Shown: positions 19,501 through 34,500 of the stretch, piece after piece
How the letters are laid out: the number at the start of each line of letters is the position of its first letter
Numbering within the stretch: the first letter of the stretch is position 1
Assembly (NCBI GenBank): GCA_048128005.1
Contig: JBEUKZ010000054.1
Location: 992,001 to 1,056,000, forward strand
From: Veleropilina oligotropha
Lineage: Eukaryota
Length of the DNA: 64,000 nt
Direction: 5' to 3'
The notes under the pieces: model-generated
Told to the model about the DNA's origin: nothing
The model's database searches: none
What the model saw: the letters and a program-made list of their open reading frames with translations, nothing else
Position numbers and translations under genes: made by a program

Positions 19501-22500
19501 GACTGTTAGAGGGATGCTGTCTCGTGGTCGATGTGGACTGTTAGAGGGATGCTGTCTCATGGTCGATGTGGACTGTTAGAGGGAAGCTGTCTCGTGGTCG
19601 ATGTGGATTGTTAGAGGGATGCTGTCTCGTGGTCGATGTGGATTGTTAGAGGGATGCTGTCTCGTGGTCGATGTGGACTGTTAGAAGGATGCTGTCACGT
19701 GGTCGATGTGGATTGTTAGAGGGATGCTGTCTCGTGATCGATGTGGACTGTTAGAGGGATGCTGTCTCGTGATCGATGTGGACTGTTAGAGGGATGCTGT
19801 CTCGTGATCGATGTGGACTGTTAGAGGGATGCTGTCTCATGGTCGATGTGGATTGTTAGAGGGATGCTGTCTCGTGGTCGATGTGGATTGTAAGAGGGAT
19901 GCTGTCTCGTGATCGATGTGGACTGTTAGAGGGATGCTGTCTCATGGTCGATGTGGATTGTAAGAGGGATGCTATCTCGTGATCGATGTGGACTGTTAGA
20001 GGGATGCTGTCTCGTGATCGATGTGGACTGTTAGAGGGATGCTGTCTCGTGATCGATGTGGACTGTTAGAGGGATGCTGTCTCGTGATCGATGTGGACTG
20101 TTAGAGGGATGCTGTCTCGTGATCGATGTGGACTGTTAGAGGGATGCTGTCTCGTGATCGATGTGGACTGTTAGAGGGATGCTGTCTCGTGATCGATGTG
20201 GACTGTTAGAGGGATGCTGTCTCGTGATCGATGTGGACTGTTAGATGGATGCTGTCTCGTGGTCGATGTGGATTGTTAGAGGGATGCTGTCTCGTGGTCG
20301 ATGTGGATTGTTAGAGGGAAGCTGTCTCGTGGTCGATGTGGATTGTAAGAGGGATGCTGTCTCGTGGTCGATGTGGATTGTTAGAGGGATGCTGTCTCGT
20401 GGTCGATGTGGATTGTTAGAGGGATGCTGTCTCGTGGTCGATGTGGATTGTTAGAGGGATGCTGTCTCGTGGTCGATGTGGATTGTTAGAGGGATGCTGT
20501 CTCGTGGTCGATGAGGATTGTTAGAGGGATGCATCTCGTGGTCGATGTGGATTGTAAGAGGGATGCTATCTCGTGGTCGATGTGGATTGTAAGAGGGATG
20601 CTGTCTCGTGGTCGATGTGGATTGTTAGAGGGATGCTGTCTCATGGTCGATGTGGACTGTTAGAGGGATGCTGTCTCGTGGTCGATGTGGATTGTTAGAG
20701 GGATGCTGTCTCATGGTCGATGTGGACTGTTAGAGGGATGCTGTCTCGTGATCGATGTGGACTGTTAGAGGGATGCTGTCTCGTGATCGATGTGGATTGT
20801 TAGAGGGATGCTGTCTCGTGGTCGATGTGGATTGTTAGAGGGATGCGGTCGCGTGATCGATGTGGACTGTTAGAGGGATGTTGTCTCGTGGTCGATGAGG
20901 ATTGTTAGAGGGATGCTGTCTCGTGGTCGATGTGGATTGTTAGAGGGATGCTGTCTCATGGTCGATGTGGATTGTTAGAGGGATGCTGTCTCGTGGTCGA
21001 TGAGGATTGTTAGAGGGATGCATCTCGTGGTCGATGTGGACTGTTAGAGGGATGCATCTCGTGGTCGATGTGGACTGTTAGAGGGATGCTGTCTCGTGGT
21101 CGATGTGGACTGTTAGAGGGATGCTGTCTCATGGTCGATGTGGATTGTTAGAGGGATGCATCTCGTGGTCGATGTGGACTGTTAGAGGGATGCTGTCTCG
21201 TGGTCGATGTGGACTGTTAGAGGGATGCTGTCTCATGGTCGATGTGGATTGTTAGAGGGATGCTGTCTCATGGTCGATGTGGACTGTTAGAGGGATGCTG
21301 TCTCGTGGTCGATGTGGACTGTTAGAGGGATGCTGTCTCGTGATCGATGTGGATTGTTAGAGGGATGCTGTCTCATGGTCGATGAGGATTGTTAGAGGGA
21401 TGCTGTCTCATGGTCGATGTGGACTGTTAGAGGGATGCTGTCTCGTGATCGATGTGGACTGTTAGAGGGATGCTGTCTCGTGGTCGATGTGGATTGTTAG
21501 AGGGATGCGGTCGCGTGGTCGATGAGGATTGTTAGAGGGATGCTGTCTCGTGGTCGATGTGGACTGTTAGAGGGATGCTGTCTCGTGATCGATGTGGACT
21601 GTTAGAGGGATGCTGTCTCGTGGTCGATGTGGACTGTTAGAGGGATGTTGTCTCGTGGTCGATGAGGATTGTTAGAGGGATGCTGTCTCGTGGTCGATGT
21701 GGATTGTTAGAGGGATGCATCTCGTGGTCGATGTGGACTGTTAGAGGGATGCTGTCTCGTGGTCGATGTGGACTGTTAGAGGGATGCTGTCTCATGGTCG
21801 ATGTGGATTGTTAGAGGGATGCATCTCGTGGTCGATGTGGACTGTTAGAGGGATGCTGTCTCGTGGTCGATGTGGACTGTTAGAGGGATGCTGTCTCATG
21901 GTCGATGTGGATTGTTAGAGGGATGCTGTCTCGTGGTCGATGTGGATTGTTAGAGGGATGCTGTCTCATGGTCGATGTGGATTGTTAGAGGGATGCTGTC
22001 TCGTGGTCGATGTGGATTGTAAGAGGGATGCTGTCTCGTGGTCGATGTGGATTGTTAGAGGGATGCTGTCACGTGGTCGATGAGGATTGTTAATTAGAGG
22101 GATGCTGTCTCGTGGTCGATGTGGATTGTTAGAGGGATGCTGTCTCATGGTCGATGTGGATTGTTAGAGGGATGCTGTCTCGTGGTCGATGTGGACTGTT
22201 AGAGGGATGCTGTCTCATGGTCGATGTGGATTGTTAGAGGGAAGCTGTCTCATGGTCGATGTGGACTGTTAGAGGGATGCTGTCTCGTGGTCGATGTGGA
22301 TTGTTAGAGGGAAGCTGTCTCGTGGTCGATGTGGATTGTTAGAGGGATGCTGTCTCGTGGTCGATGTGGATTGTTAGAGGGATGCTGTCTCGTGGTCGAT
22401 GTGGATTGTTAGAGGGATGCTGTCTCGTGGTCGATGTGGATTGTTAGAGGGATGTTGTCTCGTGGTCGATGAGGATTGTTAGAGGGATGCTGTCTCGTGG

Positions 22501-25500
22501 TCGATGAGGATTGTTAGAGGGATGCTGTCTCATGGTCGATGTGGACTGTTAGAGGGATGCTGTCTCGTGGTCGATGTGGATTGTTAGAGGGATGCTGTCT
22601 CATGGTCGATGTGGATTGTAAGAGGGATGCTGTCTCATGGTCGATGTGGATTGTAAGAGGGATGCTGTCTCGTGATCGATGTGGATTGTTAGAGGGAAGC
22701 TGTCTCGTGGTCGATGAGGATTGTTAGAGGGATGCTGTCTCGTGGCCGATGTGGATTGTTAGAGGGATGCTGTCTCGTGGGCGATGTGGATTGTTAGAGG
22801 GATGCTGTCTCGTGGTCGATGTGGATTGTTAGAGGGATGCTGTCTCGTGATCGATGTGGACTGTTAGAGGGATGCTGTCTCATGGTCGATGTGGATTGTT
22901 AGAGGGATGCTGTCTCGTGGTCGATGTGGATTGTTAGAGGGATGCTGTCTCGTGGTCGATGTGGATTGTTAGAGGGAAGCTGTCTCGTGGTCGATGTGGA
23001 TTGTAAGAGGGATGCTGTCTCGTGGTCGATGAGGATTGTTTGAGGGATGCTGTCTCGTGGTCGATGTGGATTGTTAGAGGGAAGCTGTCTCGTGGTCGAT
23101 GAGGATTGTTAGAGGGATGCTGTCTCGTGGTCGATGTGGGTTGTAAGAGGGATGCTGTCTCGTGGTCGATGTGGATTGTAAGAGGGATGCTGTCTCATGG
23201 TCGATGTGGATTGTAAGAGGGATGCTGTCTCGTGATCGATGTGGATTGTTAGAGGGAAGCATCTCGTGGTCGATGAGGATTGTTAGAGGGATGCTGTCTC
23301 GTGGTCGATGTGGATTGTTAGAGGGATGCTGTCTCATGGTCGATGTGGATTGTAAGAGGGATGCTGTCTCGTGATCGATGTGGACTGTTAGAGGGATGCT
23401 GTCTCGTGATCGATGTGGACTGTTAGAGGGATGCTGTCTCATGGTCGATGAGGATTGTTAGAGGGATGCATCTCGTGGTCGATGTGGACTGTTAGAGGGA
23501 TGCTGTCTCGTGGTCGATGTGGATTGTTAGAGGGATGCTGTCTCGTGGTCGATGTGGATTGTAAGAGGGATGCTGTCTCGTGGTCGATGTGGATTGTTAG
23601 AGGGATGCTATCTCGTGGTCGATGTGGATTGTAAGAGGGATGCTGTCTCGTGGTCGATGGATGAGGATTGTTAGAGGGATGCTATCTCGTGGTCGATGTG
23701 GATTGTAAGAGGGATGCTGTCTCGTGGTCGATGGATGAGGATTGTTAGAGGGATGCTATCTCGTGGTCGATGAGGATTGTTAGAGGGATGCTGTCTCATG
23801 GGCGATGTGGATTGTTAGAGGGAAGCGATCTTGTGGTCGATGTGGATTGTAAGAGGGATGCTGTCTCGTGGTCGATGGATGAGGATTGTTAGAGGGATGC
23901 TGTCTCGTGGTCGATGTGGATTGTTAGAGGGATGCTGTCTCGTGGTCGATGAGGACTGTTAGAGGGATGCTGTCTCGTGGTCGATGTGGATTGTTAATTA
24001 GAGGGAAGCTGTCTCATGGTCGATGAGGATTGTTAGAGGGATGCTGTCTCGTGGTCGATGTGGATTGTTAATTAGAGGGAAGCTGTCTCATGGGCGATGT
24101 GGATTGTTAGAGGGAAGCTGTCTCGTGGTCGATGAGGATTGTTAGAGGGATGCTGTCTTGTGGTCGATGTGGATTGTTAGAGGGATGCTGTCTCATGGTC
24201 GATGTGGATTGTTAGAGGGATGCTGTCTCGTGGGCGATGTGGATTGTTAGAGGGAAGCTGTCTCGTGGTCGATGTGGATTGTTAGAGGGATGCTGTCTCG
24301 TGGTCGATGTGGATTGTTAGAGGGATGCTGTCTCGTGGTCGATGAGGATTGTAAGAGGGATGCTGTCTCGTGGTCGATGAGGATTGTTAGAGGGATGCTG
24401 TCTCATGGTCGATGTGGATTGTAAGAGGGATGCTGTCTCATGGTCGATGTGGATTGTTAGAGGGATGCTGTCTCATGGTCGATGTGGATTGTTAGAGGGA
24501 TGCTGTCTTGTGGTCGATGTGGATTGTTAGAGGGATGCTGTCTCGTGATCGATGTGGACTGTTAGAGGGATGCTGTCTTGTGGTCGATGTGGATTGTTAG
24601 AGGGATGCTGTCTCGTGGTCGATGAGGATTGTTAGAGGGATGCTGTCTCATGGTCGATGTGGATTGTTAGAGGGATGCTGTCTCATGGTCGATGAGGATT
24701 GTTAGAGGGATGCTGTCTCATGGTCGATGTGGATTGTAAGAGGGATGCATCTCGTGGTCGATGTGGACTGTTAGAGGGAAGCTGTCTCGTGGTCGATGTG
24801 GATTGTTAGAGGGATGCTGTCTCGTGGTCGATGTGGATTGTAAGAGGGATGCTGTCTCGTGGTCGATGTGGATTGTAAGAGGGATGCTGTCTCGTGGTCG
24901 ATGAGGATTGTTAGAGGGATGCTGTCTCATGGTCGATGTGGATTGTTAGAGGGATGCTGTCTCATGGTCGATGTGGATTGTAAGAGGGATGCTGTCTCGT
25001 GGTCGATGAGGATTGTTAGAGGGATGCTGTCTCATGGTCGATGTGGATTGTAAGAGGGATGCTGTCTCGTGGTCGATGGATGAGGATTGTTAGAGGGATG
25101 CTGTCTCGTGGGCGATGTGGATTGTTAGAGGGATGCTGTCTCGTGGTCGATGTGGATTGTTAGAGGGATGCTGTCTCATGGTCGATGTGGATTGTAAGAG
25201 GGATGCTGTCTCGTGGTCGATGTGGATTGTTAGAGGGATGCATCTCGTGGTCGATGTGGATTGTTAGAGGGATGCTGTCTCGTGGTCGATGTGGATTGTT
25301 AGAGGGATGCTGTCTCATGGTCGATGTGGATTGTAAGAGGGATGCTGTCTCGTGGTCGATGAGGATTGTTAGAGGGATGCTGTCTCATGGTCGATGTGGA
25401 TTGTAAGAGGGATGCTGTCTCATGGTCGATGTGGATTGTTAGAGGGATGCTGTCTCATGGTCGATGTGGATTGTTAGAGGGATGCTGTCTCGTGGTCGAT

Positions 25501-28500
25501 GTGGATTGTAAGAGGGATGCTGTCTCGTGGTCGATGTGGATTGTTAGAGGGATGCTGTCTCGTGGTCGATGAGGATTGTTAGAGGGATGCTGTCTCGTGG
25601 TCGATGTGGATTGTTAGAGGGATGCTGTCTCATGGTCGATGTGGATTGTTAGAGGGATGCTGTCTCGTGGTCGATGTGGATTGTAAGAGGGATGCTGTCT
25701 CGTGGTCGATGTGGATTGTTAGAGGGATGCTGTCTCGTGGTCGATGTGGATTGTAAGAGGGATGCTGTCTCGTGGTCGATGTGGATTGTTAGAGGGATGC
25801 TGTCTCATGGTCGATGTGGATTGTTAGAGGGATCCTGTCTCGTGGTCGATGGATGAGGATTGTTAGAGGGATGCTGTCTCGTGATCGATGAGGATTGTTA
25901 GAGGGATGCTGTCTCGTGGTCGATGTGGATTGTTAGAGGGATGCTGTCTCGTGGCCGATGTGGATTGTTAGAGGGATGCTGTCTCGTGGTCGATGTGGAT
26001 TGTTAGAGGGATGCTATCTCGTGGTCGATGAGGATTGTTAGAGGGATGCTGTCTCATGGTCGATGTGGATTGTAAGAGGGATGCTGTCTCGTGGTCGATG
26101 TGGATTGTTAGAGGGATGCTGTCTCGTGGTCGATGAGGATTGTTAGAGGGATGCTGTCTCGTGGTCGATGTGGATTGTTAGAGGGATGCTGTCTCATGGT
26201 CGATGTGGATTGTTAGAGGGATGCTGTCTCGTGGTCGATGTGGATTGTAAGAGGGATGCTGTCTCGTGGTCGATGTGGATTGTTAGAGGGATGCTGTCTC
26301 GTGGTCGATGTGGATTGTAAGAGGGATGCTGTCTCGTGATCGATGTGGACTGTTAGAGGGATGCTGTCTCGTGGTCGATGTGGATTGTAAGAGGGATGCT
26401 GTCTCGTGATCGATGTGGACTGTTAGAGGGATGCTGTCTCGTGGTCGATGTGGATTGTTAGAGGGATGCTGTCTCGTGGTCGATGAGGATTGTTAGAGGG
26501 ATGTTGTCTCGTGGTCGATGTGGATTGTTAGAGGGATGCTGTCTCGTGGTCGATGTGGATTGTTAGAGGGAAGCGGTCTCGTGGTCGATGAGGATTGTTA
26601 GAGGGATGCTGTCTCGTGGTCGATGAGGATTGTTAGAGGGATGCTGTCTCGTGGTCGATGTGGATTGTTAGAGGGATGCTGTCTCGTGGTCGATGAGGAT
26701 TGTTAGAGGGATGCTGTCTCGTGGTCGATGTGGATTGTAAGAGGGATGCTGTCTCGTGGTCGATGTGGATTGTTAGAGGGATGCTGTCTCGTGGTCGATG
26801 TGGATTGTAAGAGGGATGCTGTCTCGTGATCGATGTGGACTGTTAGAGGGATGCTGTCTCGTGGTCGATGTGGACTGTTAGAGGGATGCTGTCTCGTGGT
26901 CGATGTGGATTGTTAGAGGGATGCTGTCTCGTGGTCGATGAGGATTGTTAGAGGGATGCTGTCTCGTGGTCGATGAGGATTGTTAGAGGGAAGCTGTCTC
27001 GTGATCGATGTGGATTGTTAGAGGGATGCTGTCTCATGGTCGATGTGGACTGTTAGAGGGATGCTGTCTCGTGGTCGATGTGGACTGTTAGAGGGATGCT
27101 GTCTCGTGGTCGATGAGGATTGTTAGAGGGATGCTGTCTCGTGGTCGATGTGGATTGTTAGAGGGATGCTGTCTCGTGGTCGATGTGGACTGTTAGAGGG
27201 ATGCTGTCTCGTGGTCGATGTGGACTGTTAGAGGGATGCTGTCTCGTGGTCGATGTGGACTGTTAGAGGGATGCTGTCTCGTGGTCGATGAGGATTGTTA
27301 GAGGGATGCTGTCTCGTGGTCGATGTGGATTGTTAGAGGGATGCTGTCTCGTGGTCGATGTGGATTGTTAGAGGGATGCGGTCTCGTGGTCGATGTGGAT
27401 TGTTAGAGGGATGCGGTCTCGTGGTCGATGTGGATTGTTAGGGGGATGCTGTCTCATGGTCGATGTGGATTGTAAGAGGGATGCTGTCTCGTGGTCGATG
27501 TGGATTGTAAGAGGGATGCTGCCTCGTGGTCGATGTGGATTGTAAGAGGGATGCTGCCTCGTGGTCGATGTGGATTGTTAGAGGGATGCTGTCTCATGGT
27601 CGATGTGGATTGTTAGAGGGGTGCTGTCTCGTGATCGATGTGGACTGTTAGAGGGATGCTGTCTCATGGTCGATGTGGATTGTTAGAGGGATGCTGTCTC
27701 ATGGTCGATGAGGATTGTTAGAGGGATGCTGTCTCGTGGTCGATGTGGATTGTTAGAGGGATGCTGTCTCGTGGTCGATGTGGATTGTTAGAGGGATGCT
27801 GTCTCGTGATCGATGTGGACTGTTAGAGGGATGCTGTCTCATGGTCGATGTGGATTGTTAGAGGGATGCTGTCTCATGGTCGATGTGGACTGTTAGAGGG
27901 ATGCTGTCTCATGGTCGATGTGGATTGTTAGAGGGATGCTGTCTCGTGGTCGATGAGGATTGTTAGAGGGATGCTGTCTCGTGGTCGATGTGGATTGTTA
28001 GAGGGATGCGGTCTCGTGGTCGATGTGGATTGTAAGAGGGATGCTGTCTCGTGGTCGATGTGGATTGTTAGAGGGATGCTGTCTCGTGGTCGATGTGGAT
28101 TGTTAGAGGGATGCTGTCTCGTGGTCGATGTGGATTGTTAGAGGGATGCTGTCTCGTGGTCGATGAGGATTGTAAGAGGGATGCTGTCTCGTGGTCGATG
28201 TGGATTGTAAGAGGGATGCTGTCTCGTGGTCGATGAGGATTGTAAGAGGGATGCTGTCTCATGGTCGATGTGGATTGTTAGAGGGATGCTGTCTCGTGGT
28301 CGATGAGGATTGTTAGAGGGATGCTGTCTCGTGGTCGATGGATGAGGATTGTTAGAGGGATGCTGTCTCGTGGCCGATGTGGATTGTTAGAGGGATGCTG
28401 TCTCGTGGTCGATGTGGATTGTTAGAGGGATGCTGTCTCGTGGTCGATGTGGATTGTAAGAGGGATGCTGTCTCGTGATCGATGTGGACTGTTAGAGGGA

Positions 28501-31500
28501 TGCTGTCTCATGGTCGATGTGGATTGTTAGAGGGATGCTGTCTCATGGTCGATGTGGACTGTTAGAGGGATGCTGTCTCATGGTCGATGTGGATTGTTAG
28601 AGGGATGCTGTCTCATGGTCGATGTGGATTGTTAGAGGGATGCTGTCTCGTGGTCGATGTGGATTGTAAGAGGGATGCTGTCTCGTGATCAATGTGGACT
28701 GTTAGAGGGATGCTGTCTCATGGTCGATGTGGATTGTTAGAGGGATGCTGTCTCATGGTCGATGTGGACTGTTAGAGGGATGCTGTCTCATGGTCGATGT
28801 GGATTGTTAGAGGGATGCTGTCTCGTGGTCGATGTGGATTGTTAGAGGGATGCTGTCTCGTGGTCGATGAGGATTGTTAGAGGGATGCTGTCTCGTGGTC
28901 GATGTGGATTGTTAGAGGGATGCTGTCTCGTGGTCGATGAGGATTGTTAGAGGGATGCTGTCTCGTGGTCGATGAGGATTGTTAGAGGGATGCTGTCTCG
29001 TGGTCGATGAGGATTGTTAGAGGGATGTTGTCTCATGGTCGATGTGGATTGTTAGAGGGATGCTGTCTCGTGGTCGATGTGGATTGTTAGAGGGATGCTG
29101 TCTCGTGGTCGATGTGGATTGTTAGAGGGATGCTGTCTCGTGGTCGATGAGGATTGTTAGAGGGATGCTGTCTCGTGGTCGATGAGGATTGTTAGAGGGA
29201 TGCTGTCTCGTGGTCGATGTGGATTGTTAGAGGGATGCTGTCTCATGGTCGATGTGGACTGTTAGAGGGATGTTGTCTCGTGATCGATGTGGACTGTTAG
29301 AGGGATGCTGTCTCGTGATCGATGTGGACTGTTAGAGGGATGTTATCTCGTGATCGATGTGGACTGTTAGAGGGATGCTGTCTCGTGGTCGATGTGGATT
29401 GTTAGAGGGATGCTGTCTCGTGGCCGATGTGGATTGTTAGAGGGATGCTGTCTCGTGGTCGATGTGGATTGTTAGAGGGATGCTATCTCGTGGTCGATGA
29501 GGATTGTTAGAGGGATGCTGTCTCATGGTCGATGTGGATTGTAAGAGGGATGCTGTCTCGTGGTCGATGTGGATTGTTAGAGGGATGCTGTCTCATGGTC
29601 GATGTGGATTGTAAGAGGGATGCTGTCTCATGGTCGATGTGGATTGTAAGAGGGATGCTGTCTCATGGTCGATGTGGATTGTTAGAGGGATGCTGTCTCA
29701 TGGTCGATGTGGATTGTTAGAGGGATGCTGTCTCGTGGTCGATGTGGATTGTAAGAGGGATGCTGTCTCGTGGTCGATGTGGACTGTTAGAGGGATGCGG
29801 TCTCGTGGTCGATGAGGATTGTTAGAGGGATGCTGTCTCGTGGTCGATGTGGACTGTTAGAGGGATGCTGTCTCGTGGTCGATGTGGATTGTTAGAGGGA
29901 TGCTGTCTCGTGGTCGATGAGGATTGTTAGAGGGATGCTGTCTCGTGGTCGATGTGGATTGTTAGAGGGATGCTGTCTCGTGGTCGATGAGGATTGTTAG
30001 AGGGATGCTGTCTCGTGGTCGATGAGGATTGTTAGAGGGATGCTGTCTCGTGGTCGATGTGGATTGTTAGAGGGATGCTGTCTCGTGGTCGATGTGGATT
30101 GTTAGAGGGATGCTGTCTCGTGGTCGATGAGGATTGTTAGAGGGATGCTGTCTCGTGGTCGATGAGGATTGTTAGAGGGATGCTGTCTCGTGGTCGATGA
30201 GGATTGTTAGAGGGATGCTGTCTCGTGGCCGATGTGGACTGTTAATTAGAGGGAAGCTGTCTCATGGTCGATGTGGATTGTTAGAGGGAAGCTGTCTCGT
30301 GGTCGATGTGGATTGTTAGAGGGATGCTGTCTCGTGGTCGATGTGGATTGTTAGAGGGATGCTGTCTCATGGTCGATGTGGATTGTTAGAGGGATGCTGT
30401 CTCGTGGTCGATGAGGATTGTTAGAGGGAAGCGGTCTCGTGGTCGATGTGGATTGTAAGAGGGATGCTGTCTCGTGGTCGATGTGGATTGTTAGAGGGAT
30501 GCTGTCTCGTGGCCGATGTGGATTGTTAGAGGGAAGCGGTCTCGTGGTCGATGTGGATTGTAAGAGGGATGCTGTCTCGTGGTCGATGTGGATTGTTAGA
30601 GGGATGCTGTCTCGTGGTCGATGAGGATTGTTAGAGGGATGCTGTCTCGTGGTCGATGTGGACTGTTAGAGGGATGCTGTCTCATGGTCGATGTGGATTG
30701 TAAGAGGGATGCTGTCTCGTGGTCGATGTGGACTGTTAGAGGGATGCTGTCTCGTGGTCGATGTGGATTGTTAGAGGGATGCTGTCTCGTGGTCGATGAG
30801 GATTGTTAGAGGGATGCTGTCTCGTGGTCGATGTGGACTGTTAGAGGGATGCTGTCTCGTGGTCGATGTGGATTGTTAGAGGGATGCTGTCTCGTGGTCG
30901 ATGTGGATTGTAAAAGGGATGCTGTCTCGTGGTCGATGTGGACTGTTAGAGGGATGCTGTCTCGTGGTCGATGAGGATTGTAAGAGGGATGCTGTCTCGT
31001 GGTCGATGTGGATTGTTAGAGGGATGCTGTCTCGTGGTCGATGAGGATTGTTAGAGGGATGCTGTCTCGTGGTCGATGAGGATTGTTAGAGGGATGCTGT
31101 CTCGTGGTCGATGTGGATTGTTAGAGGGATGCTGTCTCGTGGTCGATGTGGATTGTTAGAGGGATGCTGTCTCGTGGTCGATGTGGACTGTTAGAGGGAT
31201 GCTGTCACGTGGTCGATGTGGATTGTTAGAGGGATGCTGTCTCGTGGTCGATGTGGACTGTTAGAGGGATGTTGTCTCGTGGCCGATGTGGACTGTTAGA
31301 GGGATGCTGTCTCGTGGTCGATGTGGATTGTTAGAGGGATGCGGTCTCGTGGTCGATGTGGATTGTTAGAGGGAAGCGGTCTCGTGGTCGATGTGGATTG
31401 TTAGAGGGATGTTGTCTCGTGGTCGATGTGGATTGTTAGAGGGATGCTGTCTCATGGTCGATGTGGATTGTAAGAGGGATGCTGTCACGTGGTCGATGTG

Positions 31501-34500
31501 GATTGTTAGAGGGATGCTGTCTCGTGGTCGATGTGGACTGTTAGAGGGATGCTATCTCGTGGTCGATGAGGATTGTTAGAGGGATGCTGTCTCGTGGTCG
31601 ATGAGGATTGTTAGAGGGAAGCGGTCTCGTGGTCGATGTGGATTGTTAGAGGGATGCTGTCTCGTGGTCGATGAGGATTGTTAGAGGGATGCTGTCTCGT
31701 GGTCGATGTGGATTGTTAGAGGGATGCTGTCTCGTGATCGATGTGGATTGTTAGAGGGATGCTGTCTCGTGGTCGATGTGGATTGTAAACTAATTACCCA
31801 TTATTCAGGCGAAAACGTTTAACAGAAGTAGACAACAATGTTATTAAAATATTGTTAAAATTTGATCGGATTCAAATAAAATCATTAGTAATGTAATGCC
31901 AAATATTAAACCAGCAATGATATCCGGCCAATCAGTAGATTGTTTATACACAAATGTTGGCTGTTATTGAGTGCATGTTTTCTCCACTTTCAGGCAACAC
32001 TGCTCCCACCGCCCTTTGTTCCGTCGGTTTCTTCTGCACATCCGGCGCATCCTCGTCCACTCCGACTGATGGCATCACTGGAGACGTTTGTCTGGCGGGA
32101 AGCTACTGCATCCTGGGTAGTATTCAGGGAACTGGATGCCCAATAGGAACATTTAGTAACCAACTCGGACTGACCAATGACACCGAATGCGACCAGTGCA
32201 CTCCAGGTCATTACTGCGACCAGACCGGATTGACCTCGGTGACCGACGTATGCTCGGCAGGTAGGGGCAGCCATGTTTTACTTCTTAGAAGAAAGATTCG
32301 GGCGATCTATAAATCGTGTGGTCTGTCGTCAGAGTGGTACGTGATAATTGCATGGCATCAGAAACTCCAATGTGGGTGTTGGAGAGTGTCAAAATGGAAT
32401 CTCTCTCCGCTCATTTTACCTTTTAAAATAACAACTGCCATATACGTGATATGTCGATCTGATCAGATATAGACTTTAAATCAGTTGTCGCGGTACGAAA
32501 CAGCTGAAAATTAATATTATAATGGCCATAATAGAAAAGGTGCCACTTGTTCTTTGGGTTTTCTGTTGCCTTAAATTGAGTAAATTTGTGAAAAAACTTG
32601 TTTATCTATCCATAGTTGTGGAACATTTCTTCTTTTAATTAACCTTTTTTTGTCCAGGATTTTACTGCTCTCTGGGGTCTCCCCAAGCCGATCCAGTGCT
32701 GCAGACGTACGGAGACATCTGCCCCGCAGGGAGTTACTGTCCGGACGGAACGGCAGTTCCGATCAACTGTCCTCCAGGGACTTTCCTGGCCTCACAAGGA
32801 GCGGGAGCCGTGTCGGACTGCACTGCATGTAGTTCAGGTGTGTGCTGATATAATTTTTGTTGTCTAATCCGAGAAGCCTCATGATTTATAATTAACTCTT
32901 TGAGGTCGAATGACGAGTGAACTCGTACCCTCAAATATTTCCCAGGGGTCGAATGACGAGTTAACTCATTTTTGTGTTGGCGTCATCCTATACTATATAT
33001 TTGATGTTTATGAACTCGTTTTACGATTTCAACATCAGTAGCAACTATATTTGAATGATAATCTAAGCAAAGTTACCTCCCTTGCACCATGAAATCATCT
33101 TTATTCGATATATTTATCCATCACCTGTCATGTCAGCAAATGGACATTTTGTGACGTCATAATGTTTATTTTAATCGCTACTTATATTATTTTGATTTGA
33201 TTTTATAACCCCTTGGTATCATTCCATCTAGTATACTATTATCTACCCAAATTACATAGCAAGGCATGTTGTATATCGTTTATGAGTAAATAAATACGTA
33301 AATTTTGTCTTTTTTTTGTCATAACCACGTGTTCATGTGACGTCAGTGTCTCCATGGTAACCACGTGATATAATAAAATATTGAACGTTTATTTTACTCC
33401 CCTAACACTGACCTTTCAGAATATATATGGTTTGCCTATTGTAATAAAGAGTTTAGTTCCAGTATTACTGCGACTAAACTTCTATAAATAGTACGACACA
33501 CAGTGCACTGTGTGCATTACATGTTACGACTCGAAAGAGATAACTGGAGGCTTCTCTGATTAGATACTGTAAATCACAATATTTTAGCGACATGCAAATT
33601 TAGCGAATTCGCAAAAAGCGACCTATTAGCGTCATGAAATATTAGCGAAAATAGAATTTCGGAAAATGTATTATTAGCGAGTTTGACAACAATGACAATT
33701 CTATTCAATTAACTTTTCCTAATGCTCCGTATGGCTGTTAATTATCTGATTGTTACCCATTGTTATTACAACCGCATCTTGTAAAGGATGACTATTAGCA
33801 GGATGACTAGTACCTAAGTAGGTTGCAAGTTCATTGTACAAATCGCCATCGGATTAATATAATGACGATGGTGTCGTCACGTGGGTGTAAAATGTGACTT
33901 GGTACTTCAATTAATACAATTAGTATGATCACAAGTGCATTTGTTAAGTTTATTCAATAATTGTTACTTATTAAATTGCTAACGTGTTGCTATCTATGCA
34001 TAATAGACTGTTACTTGCCAGTAGCGATAAAGCACATCGTCAATTGACATTAAAATGGACACTCTTGTTCTTATCAAGGGAGATCATTACAGTGAACTTG
34101 CGCGAAAACGAGGTTTCATGCAATACTGTTGAATAAACGTTCTCTGTTGAACAGGAACTAACGCAAAGACGTTGATACGCTCGTTTGTTTCCGCCGTTCT
34201 ATGCTGTACGATTCCCAATATTAAAGTTAATTTCATATATGCATACAATAGTCAGAATTAACCTTTACTATGGTGTTATAAGCGAAAAAATCATTTAATA
34301 AAATGATAAATAATGAATATGTTTCGGTTACTGAATTTCACTTTTGGCGAGACTAAGGAAACAAAATGGCGGGCCTACGTTTTGCGGGATTTCAGCGGAC
34401 ATTTCACAGAATAAAATTGAACAAACAAGTGGTGAAAATATGGTTTATTCGTACATAAATGGCAAGTATTAAAAACACATTACCCCTGAACAATCCACGA

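Noticed and set aside
14857..31579. Many 60-144 aa ORFs (MWIVRGMLSR..., MRQHPSN...)
   Set aside because: Translations of the satellite that open only where a GTTAG>GTAAG variant removes a stop.
14921..31788. 35-bp repeat array as a CRISPR array
   Set aside because: Units are contiguous with no unique spacers, no cas genes are present, and the context is a eukaryotic intron.
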